The position numbers were made by a program, and so were the translations under genes. Shown here in pieces: positions 44,656 to 53,683 of a stretch of DNA of 64,000 bases. Source of the stretch: an uncultured Oscillospiraceae bacterium (GTDB taxonomy: Bacteria > Bacillota > Clostridia > Oscillospirales > Acutalibacteraceae). Numbering within the stretch: position 1 is the stretch's first letter; every line of letters starts with the position of its first letter. The notes beneath the pieces are model-generated. The model made no database searches. It was given only the letters and a program-made list of their open reading frames with translations, and was not told the origin of the DNA. The stretch spans positions 12,371 through 76,370 of the forward strand of contig USCI01000001.1 in assembly GCA_900553255.1 (NCBI GenBank). The letters run 5' to 3'.

Positions 44656-46932
44656 CTAGCGGTATCGCTCGCGGTAATCCCCCATGGTCACGCCCTGGAT
44701 TTGCTTGAACTTGCGCAGAAAGGTGGGCACATCCCCATACCCCACCGCCAGCACAATGTCCTTGATCGGCAGGTCGGAATCCCGCAGCAGCTCCGTTACC
44801 CGCGCCATGCGCAGCGCCGCAACATATTGTGCGAACCCGACACCGGTTTTTTTCTTGACCATCCGGCTGATGTAATACACCGAAAGCCCGAAGATTTCGG
44901 AAAGCTGCGCCAGGCTCAGCTGCGGATCGGTAAAATGCGCATCAATGTAGGCAACCATACGGTCCGCATCCGAAAGCAGCGCCGACCGGTTGCGCTCGCA
45001 CAGCGACAAAAGCAGCTGCCGCAGCTGTTCCCGGTTTTCCTCCGGCGAACTGACCCCCAGCATCGCCTTGAAGCGGGCCAGCGATGCGTAGTCTATCGGG
45101 GTGTCCTTCTCCTGTACGGCATTGAGGATTTCGGTACAGATATATTTGGCCAGAATCACCGAGCTGTTCCCCCGCGTTATGGTTTCCCACAGATCGTCAA
45201 ACTGCCGTGCCGCCTCCTGCGCGTCGCCCTGCCGCACACATTGCGCAAGCAGGGAATAATCCGCCGGCGTGCCGGAAAAGGGCTGATTCTGCAGGCTGGA
45301 CAGGTGCTCAAAAAAGACCAGGCCGTCCTGCATGCCGTCGGCCAGGTCGGCCGCCGTAAACGCCTCATAATACATCCGGCGGATCTCCGCCGCCGTACCC
45401 TGCCGGCCAGCGCCGGCGCTGCGGATAAACCGCATGGCGGCGTCGGTGCGCTGGGCGTATTCACGCAGCGCGCGGGAAACGGTACTGGCAAGCCATGCAC
45501 AGCCGTCCGGCGTTCCGTTTGCAAGCAGAACAAAACCATCTTCAAAAACCGGTTCAAATATCCACCAGCCGGCAGCTCCGTTTTCCGCCGAACGCGCCAG
45601 CGCGTCCGCAATAAAGGAAAAATCCACCCTGGCCTGCGCCGCCTTATTCTCCTTAAAAACAAGGAGGATAAAGGCCTCTTCCGGGAAACTGACGCCGCAG
45701 GCTTCCGCTTCCCGGAAAATCTCATCCGTATTCCCAAAGTCACCGGCAATCAACCGGCTGAAATACTGCTGCCGCACAATCCCGGCCTGCGCATTCAGCT
45801 GGCTTTTCAGCCGTTCACTGCTTTCGAGTATCGGCTCAATGGTATCCAGCGAACGCTCCAGCAAAGCCAGATCATCCCGGCCGCCGCCTTCCACATGCGC
45901 GATATCGGCTGCCTTCCGGATGAGCCGCGCAATCGGCCGGTAGTTCCTCCGCGTGAACAGCGCTACCGCGCCGAAAGCCACCAGCAAAACCACGATGACC
46001 GCCAGCGTCGCTACCAGCAGCACCGGCAGCGAGGCGGCAAAGTAGGCCCTGCGCGGGATGGTTACCGCCAGGACGGTCGGCGCCTGCCCGGAATTGCAGG
46101 CAATGACCGTGAAATCGTCCTGCGTTATGCCGGTCGGTGCATAGGCCGCCGTGTCCAGCACCGTCTGTGCGGAGGCACCCGCCTCCGCTCCGCCGGACAG
46201 CAGCCGGTCGCCCGCAGCGGTGAGCAGCTGCCATCCGGCATATTCGCCTCCCACCCCTTCAAGCATGGCCGTTATTGCTCGGCTGCTGATGCAGAACGCC
46301 AGACTTCCCTTGCCCTCATAGCTCAGATCGACGGCATACACCAGCATCAGAATATCCGTACGGCTGATCGAGGATGTCTGCAGCTCACAGGAAGGGATAA
46401 AAAGACGGCTGATCCGATGCCGGTTCTCGACAGACAGCCGGAAAACGTCCTGCAGCCCCTGTGCGCCGGTATACAGGGAGGCCGTTTCCGGCGCCAAATG
46501 TGCGGTAAAAAAGCCCGGCGGGTACTGATAAAACTGCCCGAAAAAGGTTTCCCGGTCAACCGTACCGCGGGAAGTATACACCAGCGGGGCATCCACCGGA
46601 TAAAACAGGACCTCCTCTAGGATCGCATATTCCCCGCGGATGCTGCGGATGCGCTCGGAAATCTCCGAATGCGATCCGCTTTCCACCGCTTCCCGGAAGT
46701 TCTGGGCGGTTACCAGGGAGGAAACCGCATAATCAAAATACGAAAACCAGCCGTCCATATATGCACTCACCCGCTGCAGCTCGGCCGCGGTGTCCTCATT
46801 AAACCGCCTGCGGGTGTCCTGATAATACAGCGTATAAAAAAGCAGGCCGACCAGCGACAGCGCGGCCGCAACCACCAGCGACTGCGTGAGAATAAAACGG
46901 AACAGGGTATGCATCGCTGGTTTTTCTTTCAT
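44656..46932 (-). CDS. membrane-anchored one-component AraC-family regulator (TM, ~270-aa extracytoplasmic domain, TM, cytoplasmic linker, AraC HTH)
   Basis: Hydrophobic 'LTQSLVVAAALSLVGLLFYTLYY' and 'LPVLLVATLAVIVVLLVAFGAVALF'. C-terminal 'LSLAQLSEIFGLSVYYISRMVKKKTGVGFAQYV..GYGDVPTFLRKFKQIQGVTMGDYR'. ATG 46932 preferred. Confidence 0.8.
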   Translation of the reverse strand: MKEKPAMHTLFRFILTQSLVVAAALSLVGLLFYTLYYQDTRRRFNEDTAAELQRVSAYMDGWFSYFDYAVSSLVTAQNFREAVESGSHSEISERIRSIRGEYAILEEVLFYPVDAPLVYTSRGTVDRETFFGQFYQYPPGFFTAHLAPETASLYTGAQGLQDVFRLSVENRHRISRLFIPSCELQTSSISRTDILMLVYAVDLSYEGKGSLAFCISSRAITAMLEGVGGEYAGWQLLTAAGDRLLSGGAEAGASAQTVLDTAAYAPTGITQDDFTVIACNSGQAPTVLAVTIPRRAYFAASLPVLLVATLAVIVVLLVAFGAVALFTRRNYRPIARLIRKAADIAHVEGGGRDDLALLERSLDTIEPILESSERLKSQLNAQAGIVRQQYFSRLIAGDFGNTDEIFREAEACGVSFPEEAFILLVFKENKAAQARVDFSFIADALARSAENGAAGWWIFEPVFEDGFVLLANGTPDGCAWLASTVSRALREYAQRTDAAMRFIRSAGAGRQGTAAEIRRMYYEAFTAADLADGMQDGLVFFEHLSSLQNQPFSGTPADYSLLAQCVRQGDAQEAARQFDDLWETITRGNSSVILAKYICTEILNAVQEKDTPIDYASLARFKAMLGVSSPEENREQLRQLLLSLCERNRSALLSDADRMVAYIDAHFTDPQLSLAQLSEIFGLSVYYISRMVKKKTGVGFAQYVAALRMARVTELLRDSDLPIKDIVLAVGYGDVPTFLRKFKQIQGVTMGDYRERYR

Positions 46933-47059
46933 GCAAACGCCATCCTTTTCGCAGCAGGCCCCTAACCGGAATGTATACGGATTAATTATCGCACAGAGCT
47001 GCCCCGTCCCGCAATGGCCAATTTTTGGATATCGGTAGAGTCTGTTTGGCTTTTTGATT

Positions 47060-47100
47060 TTGTGGACAAATTTGTGCAAATAATCGCCATTGTGGGCAAA
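47060..47100. repeat. three direct repeats TTGTG(G)(A/G)CAAA in the divergent promoter region
   Basis: TTGTGGACAAA (47060-47070), TTGTGCAAA (47072-47080) and TTGTGGGCAAA (47090-47100). Weaker TTGT..AAA copies follow at about 47137-47160. Confidence 0.5.
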
Positions 47101-47234
47101 AAAAACATATTTCAATCAACCCCCGTTTTTGATATGGTTGTTTTGTAAATACGGATTGTTGCCATACCGTTCTGTTTATGATCCGTTTCAAAGGGGTATC
47201 AAATCCCGGCGCCATGAAAAAAGGAGGTCGATTC

Positions 47235-49124
47235 ATGTATTCCCTGCAGGAACTCGGCAAAGCCTATACCCCCATACACGTCGTCGGAAACGGTCGGGTA
47301 TGCGCTTACGGCAACGGCGTGGCTGTCGAGCAGCTGTTTGGCCCGCATTACAGCGCGGCGGTGTTCTGCTCCCTTCTGCCGGCGGGGGAAGCGGCGCAGG
47401 CCGAAACCCGGCGGCTGCCGCAGACCGCCGTTTATGAACACCGGCTGTATGACGCGCACGGGCGGCAGGCGGCGACGATACGCGACTTTGCCGCCGCGGA
47501 GCATACCGCCTTCGTGCGATTGATTGACGGCAGCGTACCCACCGGATGGACGGCACAAACCCGAGCCCCGACCGGCTGGAAGCCGCTTACCCCCGTCCAT
47601 CTGACGGGAGCGCGGGCTTTTTGGGGCGAAATTCCGGAGGGTGCTTCCTTTTACGACTACGCGACCGAACCGGGGCGGGTACGCAGCTACATAACCCCTA
47701 CTCCTTCGCTGATGTGTCTGCTGGTGACCGGTGAAGCGGATATCCAAAACGACGGCGCACTCCTGCATCTGCGCATCGGCAGCGGCATGCTGGCGGCCGT
47801 GTTCGCGGCCGATTTCGGCGGGCTGATGGCGGAATGCCGCCGGGTGCTGGATACCGGCGCCCCGGCACTGCTGGAGGCAGCGCTCGCGGATGGCAGGCGG
47901 TTCTCCGCCCGGCGGTCGGCAAACCGGCCGCTTGCCGATCCCAGGCTTGAGGCGGTGGCCGACGATGTTGCGATGCTCATCCGCTGCCAGCAGTCGGCCT
48001 CCGGCGGCATCATGGCCGGACCGCGCTATCATCTGAGCTATGTGCGGGACAACTACGGCACCCACCGGGGGCTGCTGAGCCTGGGCTGTTTTGACGAGGC
48101 GCGCCGGCTTTTGGGGTTCTATGCCGACACCTTCGCACGCTACGGTGCCGTACACACCGCTCAGGCCACCGATTGCTATGGCTTTCATATCCACGAGCAG
48201 GACGCCGTGGAAATCACTGCATACCTGATGCTCATGGCGGCCGAATACCGGCAGAAAACCGGCGACACCGATACCTTTGCGGCTCTGCTGCCCCTGATCC
48301 GGTGGGCCGCTGCGCAGCAGCATGCACTTCTGAAAAACGGCATGCTCCCGTTCAACGGGGACGAAACCTACATTGCCTGCGGATTGCTGCCCCGCACCGT
48401 CATCAACAACGGTTCCATGGAGGCCACTGCGCTGTATCACCGGGCATGTGACCGCCTGCTGGCCATGGGAGAGGACGCCGGCCTTACAGCGGCACAGCGC
48501 AGCATGCTTGCGGCGGACCGGGAAGACATCGAACGGCTTTTTGCCGATAATTTTGTCTGCAGCGGCACCCTCACTGCCAACTGTCCCCGCTATTACGCCC
48601 CGGGCGAAGCGCCGGCATACCGGCACGGCGTTTACCAGTGCGGTCACGGCATGGGCGGCAATGCCTGCCGCAATCCGGACGGGATCTATGTCTGCCCCGA
48701 CTGCGCCGGCAAATCCATCCCCGGGCTGCAGGAAAACACCGAGCGCCGCTTCACCGTCCCATCGGCCGTGCTGATGCCGGCGGTCGCCGGCTCGCCGCTG
48801 ATGAGCCGCCCTTATGCGGTAAAAACGGTGCAGACAATGCTGGACCATTTCCGTGCCGGCGGCACCTTAGACGGCAGCAGGCGGATGATCGGCTACGAAT
48901 ACGGCGAGCTGCTGTTCGCCCTGCAGGCTGCCGGCTGCGGTACGCCTGCGGATATTGCCGCCATCGGCCGGCAGATGCTGGCGGTGCGGGACGCGGCCGG
49001 CGCCTGGGTGGAGTGCTATGACAACGGGCAGCCGGTGGGCTGCATGTGCCGTCCGTGGGAAAGCGGCATCAACGCCGCCGCACTGCTGGACATCGCCGGA
49101 ACGGCAGCATTTCCGGCGGAATAA
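47235..49124 (+). CDS. (alpha/alpha)6-barrel glycoside hydrolase-like protein (GH15-like), cytoplasmic
   Basis: RBS AAGGAGG 7 nt before ATG 47235. 'GPRYHLSYVRDNYG' resembles the GH15 'Y..W.RD' motif. Helix-rich composition and no signal peptide. Confidence 0.6.
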   Translation: MYSLQELGKAYTPIHVVGNGRVCAYGNGVAVEQLFGPHYSAAVFCSLLPAGEAAQAETRRLPQTAVYEHRLYDAHGRQAATIRDFAAAEHTAFVRLIDGSVPTGWTAQTRAPTGWKPLTPVHLTGARAFWGEIPEGASFYDYATEPGRVRSYITPTPSLMCLLVTGEADIQNDGALLHLRIGSGMLAAVFAADFGGLMAECRRVLDTGAPALLEAALADGRRFSARRSANRPLADPRLEAVADDVAMLIRCQQSASGGIMAGPRYHLSYVRDNYGTHRGLLSLGCFDEARRLLGFYADTFARYGAVHTAQATDCYGFHIHEQDAVEITAYLMLMAAEYRQKTGDTDTFAALLPLIRWAAAQQHALLKNGMLPFNGDETYIACGLLPRTVINNGSMEATALYHRACDRLLAMGEDAGLTAAQRSMLAADREDIERLFADNFVCSGTLTANCPRYYAPGEAPAYRHGVYQCGHGMGGNACRNPDGIYVCPDCAGKSIPGLQENTERRFTVPSAVLMPAVAGSPLMSRPYAVKTVQTMLDHFRAGGTLDGSRRMIGYEYGELLFALQAAGCGTPADIAAIGRQMLAVRDAAGAWVECYDNGQPVGCMCRPWESGINAAALLDIAGTAAFPAE

Positions 49125-49143
49125 GAAAAAGCCTTCACGGTAT

Positions 49144-49413
49144 GAGATAAGCAGGCTCGAACCCGGCCCGCCTTCTCTGGGCAGGACGTCGGCCGTCTGC
49201 GTTTTCGTCCTTGATGGGCGCCAGCCCATCTTCGTTCTCAGCCTTGCCGGACAACGTCCTGCTCCCCAGAGAAGGTCGAAGAATTTCGGAGAGCGGAAGA
49301 AAGGCGGGACAAGGCGCCTGACCGAGGCATGCTGCCGCATGCTAAGGAAAGGCAACGACGGCCGGCTTTTCTTCCGCCGCCGAAATCGTGTCGTGTTCGT
49401 GCCTGCTTATCTT
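49144..49413 (+). other. ~270-nt non-coding element with nested long-range helices (candidate structured RNA or MITE-like element)
   Basis: AGATAAGCAGGC (49145-49156) pairs with GCCTGCTTATCT (49401-49412). CCTTCTCTGGGCAGGACGT (49171-49189) pairs with ACGTCCTGCTCCCCAGAGAAGG (49254-49275). GCGGAAGAAA (49293-49302) pairs with TTTCTTCCGC (49368-49377). Inner hairpins at 49213-49230 and 49328-49343. Confidence 0.55.
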
Positions 49414-49449
49414 AACCAAATCATTCAAACAGAGAGGGGTTCCGATCCG

Positions 49450-50631
49450 ATGGCAAACGATTCTTGGCAGCAGGAGCAATTCGTACTATCCACTTTTCAC
49501 GCAGTGCCTGCCGACGCAGGCGACGAGCTGCCGGCCATTCTCAACGCCTGCAAGGAGGCCGGACTGACCCATGTCGAAACCGCCTTTTCAGCACGGCCTG
49601 CCATCCTGCGGGCACTGGACATCTGCGACGAAATCGGCCTGAAGGTGATCGTGCAGGATCTCGGCTCACTCAGCGGGTTCCAGGATCGCACCACTTCCGC
49701 CGCCACCCCCGAGACGGTGGCCGAGGCGGTAAAAACCTACGGCGCCCACCGGTCGGTGGACGGCTACTACATCTGGGACGAACCGTTTTTCGAGCAGCTG
49801 GACTTTGCCGCCGAAAACACCCGGCTGATCCGGCAGTATGCGCCCGGCAAGCTGCAGCTGATCGCACTGCTGCAGTCCTACAGCCCGGATTATCACTGGG
49901 AAAACGGTCTGTTCCCCCGGTATATTGATACCTTCATCGAGCGTACCGACCCATCCCTTTTATCCTTTGACTATTATGTCTTTGACCATGACGTGGACAA
50001 AGGGGTTTCCCTTGAGGATTCCTACTTGTGGACCGATATGGCGTACATCCGCAAAAAAGCGCTGGAAAACGGCATTCCGTACTGGTACTACCTGCAGCTC
50101 ATCGGCGATATTATCGGGCATCAGCCCGACCGCATTACTCTCGAGCGGGTGCGGGTACAGACCGGCATAGCGCTGGCCTTCGGAGCCTCGGGCATCCAGT
50201 ATTTCAACATCCTCGACGGCATCCTGACCAAACAGGGGGAACGCATGAAGCTGTTCGACCCGGTGGCCGCCCTCAACCGCGAGGTGCTTTCGCTCGGGGA
50301 GGCGCTGTTCGGCAAAAAATCCACCCTCGTTTACCCCTCCGGCAGACTGCTGCACCGCGAATATCTGGACAGCCCGGCCGATTCCCCGCTGGTCGCCGGG
50401 GCGCCGGACGGCCTGTTCATCGGCGAATTTACCGACGAGGCAAGCGATTATCTGCTGGCGGTCAGCCTCGATTACGAACAGCCGCGCACGGGAGAAATCC
50501 GGCTGCGGCAGACACGGCAGGCTGCAGCATTCGACCCGGGCAGCAAAACCTACGGTGCCCCGGAACGCACCGCCGCCCTGGCGTACAATCTGCCGGCCGG
50601 CGGCTATCGTCTGTACCGGTTTGCAAAATAA
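49450..50631 (+). CDS. uncharacterised TIM-barrel-like protein (GH42/clan GH-A-like by eye), cytoplasmic paralog 1 of 3
   Basis: No signal peptide. Blocks shared with the next two genes: 'FVLSTFHAVP', 'GLTHVETAF', 'IGLKVIVQD', 'GYYIWDEPFFEQ', 'LLQSYSPDY', 'LSFDYYVFDHDVDKG', 'IPYWYYLQLIGD', 'GIQYFN'. Confidence 0.8.
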   Translation: MANDSWQQEQFVLSTFHAVPADAGDELPAILNACKEAGLTHVETAFSARPAILRALDICDEIGLKVIVQDLGSLSGFQDRTTSAATPETVAEAVKTYGAHRSVDGYYIWDEPFFEQLDFAAENTRLIRQYAPGKLQLIALLQSYSPDYHWENGLFPRYIDTFIERTDPSLLSFDYYVFDHDVDKGVSLEDSYLWTDMAYIRKKALENGIPYWYYLQLIGDIIGHQPDRITLERVRVQTGIALAFGASGIQYFNILDGILTKQGERMKLFDPVAALNREVLSLGEALFGKKSTLVYPSGRLLHREYLDSPADSPLVAGAPDGLFIGEFTDEASDYLLAVSLDYEQPRTGEIRLRQTRQAAAFDPGSKTYGAPERTAALAYNLPAGGYRLYRFAK

Positions 50632-50643
50632 GGAGGAGAGGCA

Positions 50644-52134
50644 ATGCACGGCAAAAAACGTCTGGCCGGCGCAGCGGCGCTGGCAATCGGCGCGGCCTGT
50701 CTGCTCAGCCCGGCCGCACTCGCCGAGGAGACCCCCAGATACCAGCAGGAGGAATTTGTTATTTCCACCTTCCACGGCGTACCCTCGATGCCTAACGGTT
50801 TTTACAACGAGGTGATGTTCGCCCTCAAGGAGGTGGGGATGACCCATTTGGAGACCGCCTTCACCTCTCCGGAGGGAAGTGAGATGGCTCTTCAGATCGC
50901 AGAGGAGCTGGGCCTGAAGGTCATTGTGCAGGATACCAACCTTTACGGCGGTTTCCAGAACCAGACCATCCCTCCCACCACCGAGGAGGACATCCTCAAA
51001 GTGATCGAGAAATACGCCCAGTACGAGTCCTTCGGCGGTTACTACGTCTGGGATGAGCCGTTTCTTGAACAGCTCGACGACGTAAAAAAGAACATGGACT
51101 GGATACAGAAGCATGATCCCGGCAAGCTGCGGCTGGTGGCACTGCTGCAGTCCTACAGCCCCACCTACTGGTGGCCCAACGGCACCTTCAAGGAATACAT
51201 TGACACCTATGTCGACAAGATTGATCCCGACCATCTGTCCTTCGACTATTACGTGTTCGATGCCGATGTGGATAACGGTACCCCGCTTAAGGATTCCTAC
51301 ATGTGGATGGACATGGCGTATATCCGCAAAAAAGCCCTTGAGCGCGATATCCCGTACTGGTATTACCTGCAGATCCTCGACGATGTGGCGAATCCCAACA
51401 TCAATCCCCAGCCCATGACCCGCGGGCGCATCAGTTTCCAGGTATACACCGCCATGGCGTACGGTGCAACCGGCATCCAGTATTTCAACACCATGGACAG
51501 CATTGTGGACGATTACGGGCGGCGTCTGGACAAATTCGACATCCTCAAGTCCATTAACAGTGAAATCCATAACCTCGGCCCGACCCTGATGGAGCTGACC
51601 TCCACCGTGATTTACCCCACCATTGATCTCGCACGCCACGAATATATCGGCTCCCTGGAGGAGGATGCCACGCTGGTCGCTTCCGCACCGGGGGACATGT
51701 TCTTCGGCGAGTTCAAGGATGACGACGGCAACGACTACCTGCTGCCGGTCAACTGCGATTACGACAACCCGAAAGCCGGCACCATCACCCTTAAAGGGCG
51801 CTGGGATGTCTACGAGCTGGACGCGGCCACCGGCGAAACCAAGCTGAAGGCAGCGGACACCGACACGATCGAGATCGATTATGTTGAGGGCGGCGGCGCA
51901 CTGTACGCACTGCGGCCGGTTGGCGCGGACTTCCCGGTTCTGCCCGGGACCGGGGAGCCGGCAGCACCGGATAATCCGTCGTCGGACGGCCCGTCCTCCG
52001 ACACGGCATCCAACGGGGAAACAGACAACGGGCTGATGACCGTACTGCTGATCGTCGGCGGCATCGTGGCAGCCGGCCTGGTGATCATCGGGGTGATCAT
52101 GGTGGTGAAGCTGCGGCGCCCGGTTAAGAAATGA
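50644..52134 (+). CDS. same family, paralog 2: signal peptide and C-terminal Pro/Ser/Asp linker + TM anchor
   Basis: RBS AAGGAGGAG. 'AALAEE' signal cleavage-like site. The same conserved blocks. C-terminus 'LPGTGEPAAPDNPSSDG..LMTVLLIVGGIVAAGLVIIGVIMVVKLRR'. Confidence 0.85.
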   Translation: MHGKKRLAGAAALAIGAACLLSPAALAEETPRYQQEEFVISTFHGVPSMPNGFYNEVMFALKEVGMTHLETAFTSPEGSEMALQIAEELGLKVIVQDTNLYGGFQNQTIPPTTEEDILKVIEKYAQYESFGGYYVWDEPFLEQLDDVKKNMDWIQKHDPGKLRLVALLQSYSPTYWWPNGTFKEYIDTYVDKIDPDHLSFDYYVFDADVDNGTPLKDSYMWMDMAYIRKKALERDIPYWYYLQILDDVANPNINPQPMTRGRISFQVYTAMAYGATGIQYFNTMDSIVDDYGRRLDKFDILKSINSEIHNLGPTLMELTSTVIYPTIDLARHEYIGSLEEDATLVASAPGDMFFGEFKDDDGNDYLLPVNCDYDNPKAGTITLKGRWDVYELDAATGETKLKAADTDTIEIDYVEGGGALYALRPVGADFPVLPGTGEPAAPDNPSSDGPSSDTASNGETDNGLMTVLLIVGGIVAAGLVIIGVIMVVKLRRPVKK

Positions 52135-52144
52135 GGTCGTGTTC

Positions 52145-53683
52145 ATGAAAAAAGCAATCAAACGCCCTCTGGCGCTGGCGGCTGCGCTGTGTATCTCCGG
52201 TTCCGCCTGCGCGGCATCGCCGGCCGAAGCGCTGCCCGCACCGGCAGGCGAAACGCTTGTCCAGACCGATTTCGTCATCTCCACCTTTCATTGTGTTCCC
52301 GGCGGCCTCACCCCGGAATACCCTCAGCTTCTCACCCTGGCCAAGGAGGCGGGGCTGACCCACGTGGAAACCACCTTCACCGCGCCTTCCGCCAGCCAGA
52401 CAGTGCTGGACATCGCGGAACAGATCGGGTTAAAGGTGATCGTACAGGACTACACCCGCTTCGGCGGGTTCCAGAACTGGCCCGACCGCATCGCCGCCAC
52501 CACCGAGGACAGCGCAAAAGAAGCGGTGGAAATGTTCGATTCCCCGGCCCTGGCCGGCTATTACATCTGGGATGAACCGTTTCTTGAGCAGTTTGAACAG
52601 GTACGTCAGGACATCGGTATCATGGACCGGTTGGATCCCGGAAAAATCCAGCTGGTAACCATGCTGCAGAGCTACAGCCCCGACTACACCTGGGACAACG
52701 GCATGTACAAAACATACCTTGACCGCTATATGGCCGAGGTGCGGCCTCCGCTGCTGGTATTCGACTACTACGTCTTCGACCATGATGTGGATAAGGGGGT
52801 CGGCCTGTACGACTCCGCAATGTGGAAGGATATGGGCTATATCCGCCTGAAGGCTAAGGAGGCGGATATCCCCTACTGGTTCTATATCCAGCTCATCGGG
52901 GACATTCCCAACAACACGCCCGGCACCATGACCGTCCCCCGCGTCGCGGTGCAGGATTATATTTCGCTGGCGTTCGGGGTGTCCGGTATCTCCTACTACA
53001 ACGCCATCGAGGGCATTTTTGACGACAAGGGCAACAAAAACCATCTGTATGACGGGGTGGCTGCCCTCAACCGGGATATTCTGACGCTCGGCCGGGCGCT
53101 GCTCGGCGCGGAATCCACCCTGGTCTACCATACCTCCCCACTGCAGCATGACGATTATCTTGACCAGTTGGGGGACTCCGAAACGGTGGAAGCGGCGCCG
53201 GCCGACCTGTTTATCGGCGAGTTCAACGCCCCGGACGGCGGGCAGTATCTGCTGCCGGTAAATACCGATTATGAAAAGGAACGCAGCGGAAGCATCCGGC
53301 TGAAAGCGTCAAAAACCGTGTACCGCATCGACAAAGCCACCGGACAGCCGGTGCTCGTTGCCGAAAGCACCGATGCCATCGACTACCAGATGGCGGCAGG
53401 CGAAGGCGAGCTGTACTGGCTGACCGATCTGCCCTCCGATCCGCCGCCGGTTGTCCCGACCGGTGACCAACCCGCCGCAAGCGAACCGGATTCCCCGGCT
53501 GAAACCGGCGGATCCGAAAGCGGCATCCCATCAACCGGTACGGAACCAGGCGCCTCTCCCCCCATTGGGCTGATTGCCGCACTGGTGCTTGGCGGCGCCG
53601 TCCTGCTCGGCGGTGCCGGGATCGTCTGTGCGTATCTTTACCGACGGAAAACCATGAACAAAAGAAAGGAGCCACCGCAATGA
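52145..53683 (+). CDS. same family, paralog 3: signal peptide and C-terminal linker + TM anchor
   Basis: ATG 52145 after GAGG. The same conserved blocks. C-terminus 'IPSTGTEPGASPPIGLIAALVLGGAVLLGGAGIVCAYLYRRK'. Confidence 0.85.
   Translation: MKKAIKRPLALAAALCISGSACAASPAEALPAPAGETLVQTDFVISTFHCVPGGLTPEYPQLLTLAKEAGLTHVETTFTAPSASQTVLDIAEQIGLKVIVQDYTRFGGFQNWPDRIAATTEDSAKEAVEMFDSPALAGYYIWDEPFLEQFEQVRQDIGIMDRLDPGKIQLVTMLQSYSPDYTWDNGMYKTYLDRYMAEVRPPLLVFDYYVFDHDVDKGVGLYDSAMWKDMGYIRLKAKEADIPYWFYIQLIGDIPNNTPGTMTVPRVAVQDYISLAFGVSGISYYNAIEGIFDDKGNKNHLYDGVAALNRDILTLGRALLGAESTLVYHTSPLQHDDYLDQLGDSETVEAAPADLFIGEFNAPDGGQYLLPVNTDYEKERSGSIRLKASKTVYRIDKATGQPVLVAESTDAIDYQMAAGEGELYWLTDLPSDPPPVVPTGDQPAASEPDSPAETGGSESGIPSTGTEPGASPPIGLIAALVLGGAVLLGGAGIVCAYLYRRKTMNKRKEPPQ

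Noticed and set aside
44181-44659. Small + strand ORFs (85 aa and 129 aa) in the AT-rich stretch after the GH63-like gene.
   Set aside because: There is no RBS, the composition is odd (Phe/Ile/Ser-rich), and they overlap the AbrB-like remnant and a terminator. They most likely reflect decayed non-coding DNA.
51940-51960. LPGTG in TIM-barrel paralog 2 as a bona fide sortase signal.
   Set aside because: The pentapeptide lies 27 residues upstream of the TM helix, which is farther than in typical sorting signals. It may be a coincidental match within a Pro/Gly-rich linker, so I mention it only alongside the two better-positioned motifs.
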